Positions 1-8,436 of a DNA stretch of 64,000 nucleotides are shown one piece after another (within the stretch, counting starts at the first letter, position 1; every line of letters starts with the position of its first letter). A program made the translations under genes and the position numbers. The notes under the pieces were generated by a model. It saw only the letters and a list, made by a program, of their open reading frames with translations, did not search any database and was not told the origin of the DNA. The stretch is taken from IMG/VR virus record IMGVR_UViG_3300031857_000009; one strand, given 5' to 3'. Source of the DNA: a virus. Taxonomy: Duplodnaviria > Heunggongvirae > Uroviricota > Caudoviricetes.

Positions 1-129
1 GTTCGATACAATCCACGAGTTCAACCCAACTGGTTATTCGATGGTCACATCATGGACAATGATGGAGTACCACAATTGCACACCATCGATTACGGAGTGT
101 ACATCACGACAGGTGAAGGTGAAATTTAG
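1..129 (+). CDS. C-terminal fragment of hypothetical protein (5' end outside window)
   Basis: Frame 1 is open from position 1 and ends ...TTGEGEI*. The stop TAG at 127-129 lies inside an ATTTAGTTTGGC box. Confidence 0.4.
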   Translation, partial: VRYNPRVQPNWLFDGHIMDNDGVPQLHTIDYGVYITTGEGEI

Positions 130-150
130 TTTGGCCTAAAATAAAACAAC

Positions 151-627
151 ATGGACTTAATTAAAGCACAACGGTTAGCAGAGAAGTTAATTCACAAACA
201 CAAGTTAGATGTTAAGGGGTGGACATTTGCGTATGACAATGCAAAAAGTAGGTTTGGGTGTTGTAAATACAGACCTAAACAAATTACACTATCCAAAGTA
301 TTGACATTACTTAATGATGAAAGTCATGTAAAGAATACTATTCTACATGAGATTGCACACGCACTTTGTCCTGGTCAAAAACATAACCATGTATGGAGGT
401 CGAAAGCGATTGAAATAGGTTGTGATGGACATCGTTGTTATAGTAGTAAAGTAGTTGAAACACCCGAAGCAAAATATATTGCAACATGTGTTGGTTGTGG
501 TAAGGTATCCAAAGCCCATCGTTTAAGAAGTAGGTCTTATTCATGTAGCAATTGTTCGGGTGGTAGTTACAACCCAAAGTACAAATTGGAGTTCAGACCA
601 AACCCCATATTCACAGGGGGGATTTAG
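151..627 (+). CDS. SprT-like zinc metalloprotease with C-terminal Cys-rich zinc ribbon
   Basis: HEIAH (HExxH) followed by GQKHNHVW, then CxxC...CxxC. The stop TAG sits within the ATTTAGTTTGGC box. Confidence 0.55.
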   Translation: MDLIKAQRLAEKLIHKHKLDVKGWTFAYDNAKSRFGCCKYRPKQITLSKVLTLLNDESHVKNTILHEIAHALCPGQKHNHVWRSKAIEIGCDGHRCYSSKVVETPEAKYIATCVGCGKVSKAHRLRSRSYSCSNCSGGSYNPKYKLEFRPNPIFTGGI

Positions 628-690
628 TTTGGCGACAAAGTTGAAAAAAAATTTGGTATAAAAGAAAAATTGTTATATCTTTGTAATACA
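622..690 (+). promoter_or_regulatory. Repeated promoter cassette copy 1 (ATTTAGTTTGGC box + TTTG-N20-TATCTTTG)
   Basis: Box at 622-633, -33 TTTG at 652-655, -7 TATCTTTG at 676-683, ATG at 707. Matches the Bacteroidota sigmaA consensus TTTG-N19-21-TAnnTTTG. Confidence 0.6.
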
Positions 691-706
691 ATTAAATTAA
701 AAAAGT

Positions 707-1297
707 ATGGGATACACAACCGATTTCGAAGGTGGATTTGAATTCAGTCGTCCACTTACTAGTGATGAAAAGAATTACATCACCAAGTTCAACAACACTC
801 GTAGAATGAAACGAAATGTTGAGAAACTCTATGAGTTATTTAAGGGTGAACACGGAAACCCTTTTCTACCAAAAGAAGAAACCTACGGAAACGATGGTGA
901 ATACTTTGTTGGTGGTAATGGGTTCGCAGGTCAAGACAAGGATGATAGTATTGTCGATTACAATACACCTCCAGGTCAACTAGATTTTCTAACAACTAAC
1001 TACAACGAAAGGTGGACACAAAATGATTTGAGAACACGAGAGGGTAAATGTCAACCTGGTTTATGGTGTCAGTGGACTACGGATGAAAATGGAACTCATC
1101 TAATATGGGATGGTGGTGAGAAGTTTTACAACTACGTTGAGTGGTTGAAATATATCATCAATCATTTCTTTGAGAAGTGGGGTGTGAAATTAAATGGTGA
1201 GGTTTATTGGAAAGGCGAGGATGGTGAGGACATGGGTAAGATTGTTGTAAAGGACAACTGGGTCACAGTAAAATACGCGAGGATTACTTATGATTGA
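707..1297 (+). CDS. hypothetical protein
   Basis: 196 aa ORF directly downstream of promoter cassette 1, followed by a hairpin-T terminator. Confidence 0.5.
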   Translation: MGYTTDFEGGFEFSRPLTSDEKNYITKFNNTRRMKRNVEKLYELFKGEHGNPFLPKEETYGNDGEYFVGGNGFAGQDKDDSIVDYNTPPGQLDFLTTNYNERWTQNDLRTREGKCQPGLWCQWTTDENGTHLIWDGGEKFYNYVEWLKYIINHFFEKWGVKLNGEVYWKGEDGEDMGKIVVKDNWVTVKYARITYD

Positions 1298-1314
1298 TTG
1301 GTTTAAGGAGAGAA

Positions 1315-1338
1315 CCCCACAGAAATGTGGGGTTTTTT
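1315..1338 (+). terminator. rho-independent terminator
   Basis: CCCCACAGAAATGTGGGG hairpin followed by TTTTTTAT. Confidence 0.6.
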
Positions 1339-1378
1339 ATTAAAAACCTCGTACACATATATTATGGGATGGACATTG

Positions 1379-1445
1379 ATTTAGGTTGGCAACAAAGTTG
1401 AAAATAAATTTGGTATAAAAGAAAAATTGTTATATCTTTGTATTA
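1379..1445 (+). promoter_or_regulatory. Repeated promoter cassette copy 2
   Basis: ATTTAGGTTGGC at 1379-1390, TTTG at 1409-1412, TATCTTTG at 1433-1440, ATG at 1461. Near-identical to copies 1 and 3. Confidence 0.6.
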
Positions 1446-1460
1446 CTAAAACATTTTATT

Positions 1461-1772
1461 ATGTACAAGAAAAAAATTCAAGACCTACAAGAGGAAATAA
1501 TCAAAAAAATTAAAAACAAATGTTCGACCATTATTGGTGAGAACCAACAAATCACATTTAGAAATGTGTTTGGAGTTTGGGTTACCGAAGGTATGTACGA
1601 AGATGATGGTAGAGTTCAATACGCGGCGTATGGAATATTACCTGATGGTACTGTGATGTCGGAAAGTTTTGGTGATAGTATAGAACTCTCGTTAGTTGAA
1701 TTGGACATATATGAACTCGCACACATCATAGACATCCTTGAGTCGGATGACTTTACCGTCGAGGACATTTAG
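1461..1772 (+). CDS. hypothetical protein
   Basis: 103 aa ORF. It ends ...EDI* with the TAG inside the box of cassette 3. Confidence 0.5.
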   Translation: MYKKKIQDLQEEIIKKIKNKCSTIIGENQQITFRNVFGVWVTEGMYEDDGRVQYAAYGILPDGTVMSESFGDSIELSLVELDIYELAHIIDILESDDFTVEDI

Positions 1773-1830
1773 TTTGGCAACAAAGTTGAAAATAAATTTG
1801 GTATAAAAGAAAAATTGTTATATCTTTGTA
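1767..1830 (+). promoter_or_regulatory. Repeated promoter cassette copy 3
   Basis: ATTTAGTTTGGC at 1767-1778, TTTG at 1797-1800, TATCTTTG at 1821-1828, ATG at 1833. Confidence 0.6.
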
Positions 1831-1832
1831 TT

Positions 1833-2135
1833 ATGAAAAAAGAAAAAGTAATCCACTCGGTATCATCTCACTTGAGAGATAAGTCATATGAGATGAGAAT
1901 TATTCAAAATGAGAATAATGTCAAATTGAAAATGACCTACGAAGCGTACAACGCACAAGAAAGGTTTACAGGTGAACAATTCATCAATGGTAAATGGGAA
2001 CACACATTTGGAATGTTGGATTTGGGTGTTCTACCTGATAAGTCAATCTACGTGTGTAGTGAAGGAAAAAGAGAAGATAAGGCCGAAAAGTTATTTGGTC
2101 TTGGTACAAAATTGTTTAACATCTTAAATCAATAA
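1833..2135 (+). CDS. hypothetical protein
   Basis: The track ORF begins at a TTG at 1815 that lies inside the -7 box. The first ATG is at 1833 (MKKEKVIHS...), which gives a short leader typical of Bacteroidota. Confidence 0.5.
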   Translation: MKKEKVIHSVSSHLRDKSYEMRIIQNENNVKLKMTYEAYNAQERFTGEQFINGKWEHTFGMLDLGVLPDKSIYVCSEGKREDKAEKLFGLGTKLFNILNQ

Positions 2136-2139
2136 TACA

Positions 2140-2685
2140 ATGGGATTAGACATGTATCTCAAGAAGAAAACCTATGTGAAAAATTGGTCACATATGGAAC
2201 CCGAACAACTTCACAAGGTGACAGTTAAGAAGGGTGGGAAAGTAGTTAAGGAAATTCAACCCGACAGAATTTCATCCATCGAGGAACAGGTGGCGTATTG
2301 GAGAAAGGACAACCACATCCACGCATGGTTTGTAAACAATGTACAGGACGGTGAGGACGATTGTGGTGAGTATTATGTAGACCGCGAAAAACTCAAAGAG
2401 TTGGTGGATACCTGTGGGAAAGTTAGAGCAACCCTGAAAAATTCTCCGACGAAGAAGGTTCAGGTGAAAGTTGGTTGGCAAGGTGGTAAGGAATTGTATG
2501 AGGACATCGATGTCTACACCGACACCGAACTTGCGGAAGAACTACTACCAACCCAAGCAGGTTTCTTTTTCGGGGGAACTGAATATGATGAGTGGTATCT
2601 AAAAGGTTTAGAAGATACCATCAAACAAATCACTCCCTTATTAGAGGAAAAGGAAGGAGATTTCTACTACCAATCATCCTGGTAA
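2140..2685 (+). CDS. hypothetical protein
   Basis: 181 aa ORF, tightly packed after the previous gene. Confidence 0.5.
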   Translation: MGLDMYLKKKTYVKNWSHMEPEQLHKVTVKKGGKVVKEIQPDRISSIEEQVAYWRKDNHIHAWFVNNVQDGEDDCGEYYVDREKLKELVDTCGKVRATLKNSPTKKVQVKVGWQGGKELYEDIDVYTDTELAEELLPTQAGFFFGGTEYDEWYLKGLEDTIKQITPLLEEKEGDFYYQSSW

Positions 2686-2768
2686 AAAAATAAAAAGAGG
2701 ATATCGTTTGGTAAAATGGTATCCTCTTTATACCTTTGTATTAATGAACAGCTTAAAATAGATAGATT

Positions 2769-3383
2769 ATGCCGAACTGGTGTCAAAACTCAATAACAAT
2801 AACAGGTACTGAAGAGCAGATTGGTTTGCTCACTCGTATCCTTAATGATGTTCCAAAGTCCGAACCTGAAAAGTGTATCGTGTTTGAGTCCTTAATCGGT
2901 CGTGAACCTGAAATTAGTAAAGAAGAATACGAACAAGGTGGATGGTATAATGCAAACACCAGTTGGTATGGTACCAAATGGGATGTGTCATACGCCGACT
3001 GCAACTTCACTTTTGAGAAGGATGTTATCTATATGTCACCTGATACGGCGTGGTCACCACCAATAAACTTTGGTGTTGTATTACACAAGATGTATGGTGT
3101 GGATGTGGAGTTGTTCTACTCGGAGGGTGGAAGTGATTTCTGTGGCAAAACAACCATTAATCAAAACGGAGTGGTTGAGGATGATTATGGTTATCTCGAA
3201 GGTAACTATCGTTTTGACGAAGAATACTTTTGGGAATCCCTTTTCCAAAATGAGATGGAATATGCAATCGATAACGAAACTAGTGTTGATGACTTCGTTG
3301 CACAATTCCCTTATGTGGATACGGAAGACGCAAAAGAAATCCGTAGAATATACGAAGAAGAACTAAAGGAAAAAGTAAAATAA
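2769..3383 (+). CDS. hypothetical protein (MPNWC N-terminus)
   Basis: 204 aa ORF. The shadow ORFs on both strands here are shorter. Confidence 0.5.
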   Translation: MPNWCQNSITITGTEEQIGLLTRILNDVPKSEPEKCIVFESLIGREPEISKEEYEQGGWYNANTSWYGTKWDVSYADCNFTFEKDVIYMSPDTAWSPPINFGVVLHKMYGVDVELFYSEGGSDFCGKTTINQNGVVEDDYGYLEGNYRFDEEYFWESLFQNEMEYAIDNETSVDDFVAQFPYVDTEDAKEIRRIYEEELKEKVK

Positions 3384-3389
3384 ATTCAT

Positions 3390-3650
3390 ATGGAAGATTT
3401 GAAAATATTATCGACAGCAGAACCTCAAGAAGAATTAACCTACCAAGAATGGGTAGACGCATTGAGAACTCAAGAGAATGTCATTGTTTCATCCAAATAC
3501 CACGCAAGAACCATCGAGCAACGGATTAAAGTTGATGAAGCAATTCAAATGAAAAGAGAAATGGAAAACTCTGAAGTAAAATTTTCCGACGGGACAGCCG
3601 AACCCCGAATTTTGTTTGGCATGTTAAAATCTGTATTAAACTTCTTTTAA
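3390..3650 (+). CDS. hypothetical protein
   Basis: 86 aa ORF. A box variant ATTTTGTTTGGC lies near its 3' end. Confidence 0.4.
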   Translation: MEDLKILSTAEPQEELTYQEWVDALRTQENVIVSSKYHARTIEQRIKVDEAIQMKREMENSEVKFSDGTAEPRILFGMLKSVLNFF

Positions 3651-3655
3651 AGATT

Positions 3656-4135
3656 ATGGGACGAGTAAATAAAACAATCGAGGGTGTCTTCATTGACATC
3701 GTAGGGTCAAAGAGTGAACTGAGTTCATATGACCAATTCATCAACCACGGTGATGGTAAGAAATATTCTAAGGAGCTTAAAGAGCTCACTGGTTTATATA
3801 AGAACTTAATCACTGAGAGTAAATTAACATTCGAAAAACTAGCATCACTCGAGGAGATTATAATCCAAATGAGAATTCGTGAGGACCTCAGTGATATCAA
3901 GTTGACTCAAGTTCGTGAGTACATCTACGCAAGGACTCCTTTCTACCGTAAGGATAAGAAGTCAAAAGATGTCCGTGTTATTGTCGACAAGATTGAGTTT
4001 CACCCTGAGGAGGATTTGGAGATTTTGTCTGGCGACAAGGAGTTCATGACCAAAGCCAAGATGAAGTTAGCTCAGGCTATGGACCTCGAGATTGAGGAAA
4101 ACATCCGAGTATTCAAATCAACATTTAAAAAGTAG
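3656..4135 (+). CDS. hypothetical protein
   Basis: 159 aa ORF. Confidence 0.45.
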   Translation: MGRVNKTIEGVFIDIVGSKSELSSYDQFINHGDGKKYSKELKELTGLYKNLITESKLTFEKLASLEEIIIQMRIREDLSDIKLTQVREYIYARTPFYRKDKKSKDVRVIVDKIEFHPEEDLEILSGDKEFMTKAKMKLAQAMDLEIEENIRVFKSTFKK

Positions 4136-4139
4136 AGGT

Positions 4140-4439
4140 ATGAAAACAGAAACAATTTCAACAGGTATTGGACTCTCAATTTACAAAGGTGATTGGGATG
4201 GAGCACAGTGGACACTTACTGGTTTCCCTAAAAAAGAAGCAATTGGTCACGACTACGACTCTGCCTATGACTTCGAGGACTGTGTCAAGAGAAACATCAA
4301 TTGTAGTGGAATCGATTTTGACAGTGAGTATTGTCAGTTCTACGCATACGCAAAGACCAAAGCTCGTTTGGTGAGTTTTGCAAACCAAATCAAGAAACAC
4401 TTTGAGAAAGCAAAGCAACTGAAGGAGGAGATGTACTGA
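4140..4439 (+). CDS. hypothetical protein
   Basis: The first ATG after the upstream stop is at 4140 (MKTETIST...). The track extends to 4092 by overlapping the previous gene. Confidence 0.45.
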   Translation: MKTETISTGIGLSIYKGDWDGAQWTLTGFPKKEAIGHDYDSAYDFEDCVKRNINCSGIDFDSEYCQFYAYAKTKARLVSFANQIKKHFEKAKQLKEEMY

Positions 4440-4530
4440 ATTTAGATTGGCAAAAATATTCTAGAAAAATTTGGAATATTCTAGTAAATGTATTAATTTT
4501 GAATATAGAACATTAAAAATCAATAGGTGT

Positions 4531-5133
4531 ATGACAAACAAAATCAAATTAGGAACTGAGGTCGTAGTATCCGACCCTTGTTACACAATCCCAACCTGGT
4601 GTCAGGGAATTGTTAGTGGTGTTAAACCCGGTATGTATGACACCTATGTTAAGCGTCACGACTGTGGTGATTGGGGTATCCGAAGTTCAATGATACTTGT
4701 CATACACGAGGACCATAAAGACGACAAACTGGTTTGGAAAGATTATCCTGCAACCATCGGTGTCGACTCAGGTCAGTGTGGAATCTTCTCCAAAGAATCT
4801 TACCGTGACGACTCTATTACAGAACGAATCGGTTTGGGAGATGGTGACATTTCATTCTTTGGTGTAACACCTTGGAAAGAAATGACCGAGGCCCGTGAGG
4901 AAGAACAAGGTGAAAAATGGTACATCAGTATGTGTTCTCGTACCTTGGGTGATAGTCGATACGGTGTGTATGACGAGGGAGTAGTTTCTTCATCTGGTTT
5001 TGGTGATGGTTCTTACACATTATATGTTGCAAAGAAAAGAGGAAAGATTATTGCAATGTGTGTTGACTTCGCGGTGGAGGAAGACGAAGTAATTGATTTT
5101 GAATTTTTTCGTGATATCCATATTGAGAAGTAA
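4531..5133 (+). CDS. hypothetical protein
   Basis: Probable start is the ATG at 4531 (MTNKIKLG...). It is preceded by TTTG-N20-TAATTTTG at about 4471-4501. The track starts further upstream. Confidence 0.5.
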   Translation: MTNKIKLGTEVVVSDPCYTIPTWCQGIVSGVKPGMYDTYVKRHDCGDWGIRSSMILVIHEDHKDDKLVWKDYPATIGVDSGQCGIFSKESYRDDSITERIGLGDGDISFFGVTPWKEMTEAREEEQGEKWYISMCSRTLGDSRYGVYDEGVVSSSGFGDGSYTLYVAKKRGKIIAMCVDFAVEEDEVIDFEFFRDIHIEK

Positions 5134-5157
5134 TAAATTTTATTTAGATTTGGAGTT

Positions 5158-5448
5158 ATGAAAAAAATATTATTTATATCAGCACTTGGATTAGTTGGTT
5201 GTGGAACCAATCGAACATATATCCAACACGGGGACAAGGCATTAGTAAGTGGACACAAAGTTTACTTTATCGATTGCAACATAACCCGAGAAGTAATTAA
5301 ACCCCAATGGGATAAAGGTTCATATGGTGATACCATGAAGGTATACTTAGTGGATACACTGACATTTATGAATATGTGTAGAAAAGCATCACCATGTGGA
5401 TGTTCACCAGCAGGAACAACCGCAAATAAAACTGTAACAAAAACTTAG
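5158..5448 (+). CDS. putative lipoprotein
   Basis: N-terminal MKKILFISALGLVGCG lipobox signal peptide. Confidence 0.55.
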   Translation: MKKILFISALGLVGCGTNRTYIQHGDKALVSGHKVYFIDCNITREVIKPQWDKGSYGDTMKVYLVDTLTFMNMCRKASPCGCSPAGTTANKTVTKT

Positions 5449-5452
5449 TATT

Positions 5453-5914
5453 ATGTTCAATACACAGAAACCTCAAGAACCGATTCACATATTCACCCCA
5501 TCTCAGTGGTTGAATATTGGTTGGCTGGCCATGGTACCAGCAACTTACTTCGTACACCCATATGCATGTGCATTGGCGGTAGTCATCTATATCTACAAAT
5601 ATTTCGAAGTAGATTGTTGGAGGTATGAATTCTATGATGACTGTGTAATTGAACGAAAAGGGGTCTTCAGTGTGACTCGAGAATCTGTGAACTATTTCAG
5701 GATTAAATCTGTAATGGTCGACGAACCATTTTGGATGAGATTACTTGGACTGTCTGTTGTTCGAGTTATTACTTCAGAGCAATTTAAACAGCAACTAATA
5801 TTTCAAGCCGTACCACACGGTGAAGGTATTCAAGCGTTTTTACAGCACAACGCAAGAGTGGAGAGACAAAATATGGGAATTAGGGATTTTGATGTATTCA
5901 ATACTCACCTGTAG
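5453..5914 (+). CDS. membrane protein with bacterial PH-like (bPH_2/YdbT-like) domain
   Basis: Two N-terminal hydrophobic helices followed by a YFRIK...VVRV segment resembling bPH_2. Confidence 0.45.
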   Translation: MFNTQKPQEPIHIFTPSQWLNIGWLAMVPATYFVHPYACALAVVIYIYKYFEVDCWRYEFYDDCVIERKGVFSVTRESVNYFRIKSVMVDEPFWMRLLGLSVVRVITSEQFKQQLIFQAVPHGEGIQAFLQHNARVERQNMGIRDFDVFNTHL

Positions 5915-6083
5915 CAATATTTAAAGTCATGATAGTAGTAGAACCACGGATTCAGGAACAGTTCATGAGGATAGCAATGGCTAGACTTAATAAGAAATAT
6001 TGTTTTAAACCTCAAAGGTTAGCAATGGCGGCCAAGATGTTTTCACAATATTTGCAACGTTTGGAAGAAAGGGGGAAGAGTAA

Positions 6084-6404
6084 ATGAAACTCTTCATCAG
6101 GGACAAGGTATACTTCACGGACCCTACCACAGGTGAAATAATAGAAGACACCATTACCGACGTTAATGACAACGTAGTGATGGGAAAGAAATTCAACTTG
6201 ACTGATTTATATTGGAAGGGTGAGTTAAACGTATATAGGTTAGAGTGTCACATATGTGGATTCAGTATACCAGCACCTCTATCGCAATTTCAGGTAGATG
6301 GAATAAAAGGTAAGCAGCAATTATTACCATCCACATGTGGTGTATGTTTAGAAGAGTCACGGTACCCTGATAACCCTGAGGAGGGAATCATACTGTGGAT
6401 TTAG
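6084..6404 (+). CDS. hypothetical protein
   Basis: 106 aa ORF. It ends LWI* with the TAG in the ATTTAGTTTGGC box at 6399-6410. Confidence 0.45.
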   Translation: MKLFIRDKVYFTDPTTGEIIEDTITDVNDNVVMGKKFNLTDLYWKGELNVYRLECHICGFSIPAPLSQFQVDGIKGKQQLLPSTCGVCLEESRYPDNPEEGIILWI

Positions 6405-6493
6405 TTTGGCATTAGTTCTTTGAAAGATTTTTTTATAGGATTTGGTTTTTAGGATTTTCTTGTGTATATTTTATATATCAAAATCAATATATT

Positions 6494-6763
6494 ATGGCAA
6501 CAAAGAAGTCCACAACTAAAAAACCCGCCAGCAAACCAGCGGCGAAACCAGCTCCAGCCCCCAAAAAGGGTGGGAAGAAAGCAGTAGCAGCTCCGGCTAT
6601 GAAAACAACCGTAAGTACTTACGTACCTGTTTCACACCACATCTACTATGATGGTTTCTCTTACCGTGTACGTGCTAGCGTTAACGGAACCCGTTACTCT
6701 CAGAACTTCTCCTCCAAGAAGAAAGCTTTCGAGTTCCGTAAGAGTATCTTGAGTAATATGTAA
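6494..6763 (+). CDS. lysine/alanine/proline-rich DNA-binding protein (histone H1-like tail + AP2-like fold)
   Basis: N-terminus is KKPASKPAAKPAPAPKKGGKK. C-terminus YRVRASVNGTRYSQNFSSKKKAFEF resembles AP2/integrase-type DNA-binding modules. Followed by a strong terminator. Confidence 0.5.
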   Translation: MATKKSTTKKPASKPAAKPAPAPKKGGKKAVAAPAMKTTVSTYVPVSHHIYYDGFSYRVRASVNGTRYSQNFSSKKKAFEFRKSILSNM

Positions 6764-6780
6764 TAGACGACTCAAGTCTC

Positions 6781-6811
6781 TTAACCAAATCCTGTGATTA
6801 ACGTCACGGGA
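6781..6811 (+). terminator. rho-independent terminator
   Basis: CCTGTGATTAACGTCACGGG hairpin followed by ATTTTTTTTTT. Confidence 0.6.
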
Positions 6812-6839
6812 TTTTTTTTTTAATGAGAATCCTGACGAC

Positions 6840-7030
6840 GGGACCTGAGATGGTCAATTTAGTTTGGCGGAAAGGTTGTTTAGACAATTGATGTTGTAAC
6901 AATAAATCCACCGATTTAGTTTGGCGGAATCAGAATCCTCAGAATCGTCCGACGGTACCGATTTTGTTTGGCACAAACTAACTAACACTTGTTAGTTCAG
7001 GGACCTGAGGAGGTCGATTTAGTTTGGCGG
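6840..7030 (+). repeat. Intergenic array of four ATTTAGTTTGGC-type boxes flanked by a ~30 bp direct repeat
   Basis: Boxes at 6857-6868, 6914-6925, 6961-6972 (variant) and 7017-7028. GGGACCTGAGATGGTCAATTTAGTTTGGCGG at 6840-6870 matches GGGACCTGAGGAGGTCGATTTAGTTTGGCGG at 7000-7030. Confidence 0.55.
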
Positions 7031-7034
7031 GGGA

Positions 7035-7853
7035 ATGGTATTTATATGTAAAGTAAATGAGATGATTAAACTAACAGAAACTTTAGAAGGTGATGATGTC
7101 CAAAAGTTTCACGACGCTTTACCACAAATAGGTGACTCACTTAAAGGACTGACCGATGGGACCATTACAATAAAATATGTTGTAGCTGAAGACCCAACCC
7201 AAGGAACAATAGATGGTGTCCCTTTTATAAGTGAATGTCTATTGAAACTATTTGTTGATGTTAACAGGGTTTATCCTGAGATGATTAATGACATCTACAT
7301 TTTGGTTGGCAGAAAAATTCAAGAGATTGGGTTCGGTGAATTTCCGTTCAAGTTAAGTATAAGGTCACTTCACCTTATTAACGGACCTTTAATTATTGAT
7401 TTATTAGAAGAATCGTTTGACAGAAATTATACCAATCACCTCAGGTATGATAATCCAACAATACAGTACATTTTGTCTGGCCAATATTCCCTTGTATTAC
7501 CTCAAGATGTATTACCTAAGTTTTTTGACCAAATGGATGAGTGGATAAAAATTTTAATAAAGAGAGCGACGGTGTATTACACCGTATATAAAAAAGGAAA
7601 GATAGATGACCATGAGTATGAACTCGTAGACAACCCAGTTATTAGAGTTGTGGTACGCGGGAAAAAAGATATAAAAAATGAAAAAGATTTAATTCCGTTC
7701 ATTGATTCAAAATTTAAAACCATAGATGGTATCGAAAAAGGTAGTCCCGATTTCCCCTATAACTTACAAGATAATATTATTGATAAGTTAGAAAAAAAGT
7801 TCAGGGAGAAACACAACGTAAGAATTTTTATTGACGACACGAGACGTGTATGA
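7035..7853 (+). CDS. hypothetical protein
   Basis: 272 aa ORF. An alternative start ATG at 7062 is possible. Confidence 0.45.
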   Translation: MVFICKVNEMIKLTETLEGDDVQKFHDALPQIGDSLKGLTDGTITIKYVVAEDPTQGTIDGVPFISECLLKLFVDVNRVYPEMINDIYILVGRKIQEIGFGEFPFKLSIRSLHLINGPLIIDLLEESFDRNYTNHLRYDNPTIQYILSGQYSLVLPQDVLPKFFDQMDEWIKILIKRATVYYTVYKKGKIDDHEYELVDNPVIRVVVRGKKDIKNEKDLIPFIDSKFKTIDGIEKGSPDFPYNLQDNIIDKLEKKFREKHNVRIFIDDTRRV

Positions 7854-7875
7854 CATATATACGTATATACATTAA

Positions 7876-7904
7876 CCCCCTTGTATGACACTTGGGGGTT
7901 TTTT
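7876..7904 (+). terminator. rho-independent terminator ending the plus-strand early block
   Basis: CCCCCTTGTATGACACTTGGGGG followed by TTTTTTAT. Confidence 0.6.
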
Positions 7905-8436
7905 ATTTACATCTGTTTTTCTGAAAATATAAAAATATAACTCTTATTTCGAACAAGGGTCAATCCCCTACTATGTCCCACAATTTCCCACTTTAATCCA
8001 CTTTTATGGATTGTAATACGACCAGCGGGATTTCTTGTCATACATTCGTATATATCTGAGAAAAATTCCTTACGACAAAAAATGTCTGGATTACAGGGTT
8101 AAAATCAAGGGTTTTTTAACTCTTTCTGTATTACATTAGGGGTATCGTGGGTCAAAATCCTATCACTACTGTACATCCAAACAGAGGGTAAACCACTATA
8201 ATGACATACCTGTTTTTCTCTCTCTTCAACCAGTTTCTTCTTAACCGATTCGTCAAAATAAACCCCATCAGATTCCATATCCGAGAGTGGTCTGTACAGT
8301 ATAAATTTTTTCATATAGATGTAACAACTATGGTTTCAAATTGTTTAAACCGATGTGGGTCTACCGCAGTAAACCATACTTTCTACCTTCTGTTTTTTTA
8401 ACCACCAAAGGTGGTTCATTAACTTTTTAATATACT

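Noticed and set aside
338-577. Antisense ORFs inside confident genes (338-577, 2272-2481, 2783-3010, 3081-3305, 12033-12215, 13533-14042 and 24363-24566, among others)
   Set aside because: They are shorter, fully embedded opposite longer ORFs that carry recognisable motifs. They are typical AT-rich shadow frames.
1815-1832. Track start at 1815 for ORF 1815..2135
   Set aside because: The first 18 nt (a TTG start) lie within the TATCTTTG -7 element. The ATG at 1833 is the plausible initiation codon. The same issue applies to the TTG-extended starts at 27376, 33995 and 51622.
6840-7030. Possible CRISPR-like array of the repeated ATTTAGTTTGGC box
   Set aside because: The repeats are only 12 nt with variable flanks and irregular spacing (45-57 bp), there is no cas gene, and the same box occurs singly at gene ends. 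That makes it a regulatory motif, not a CRISPR array.
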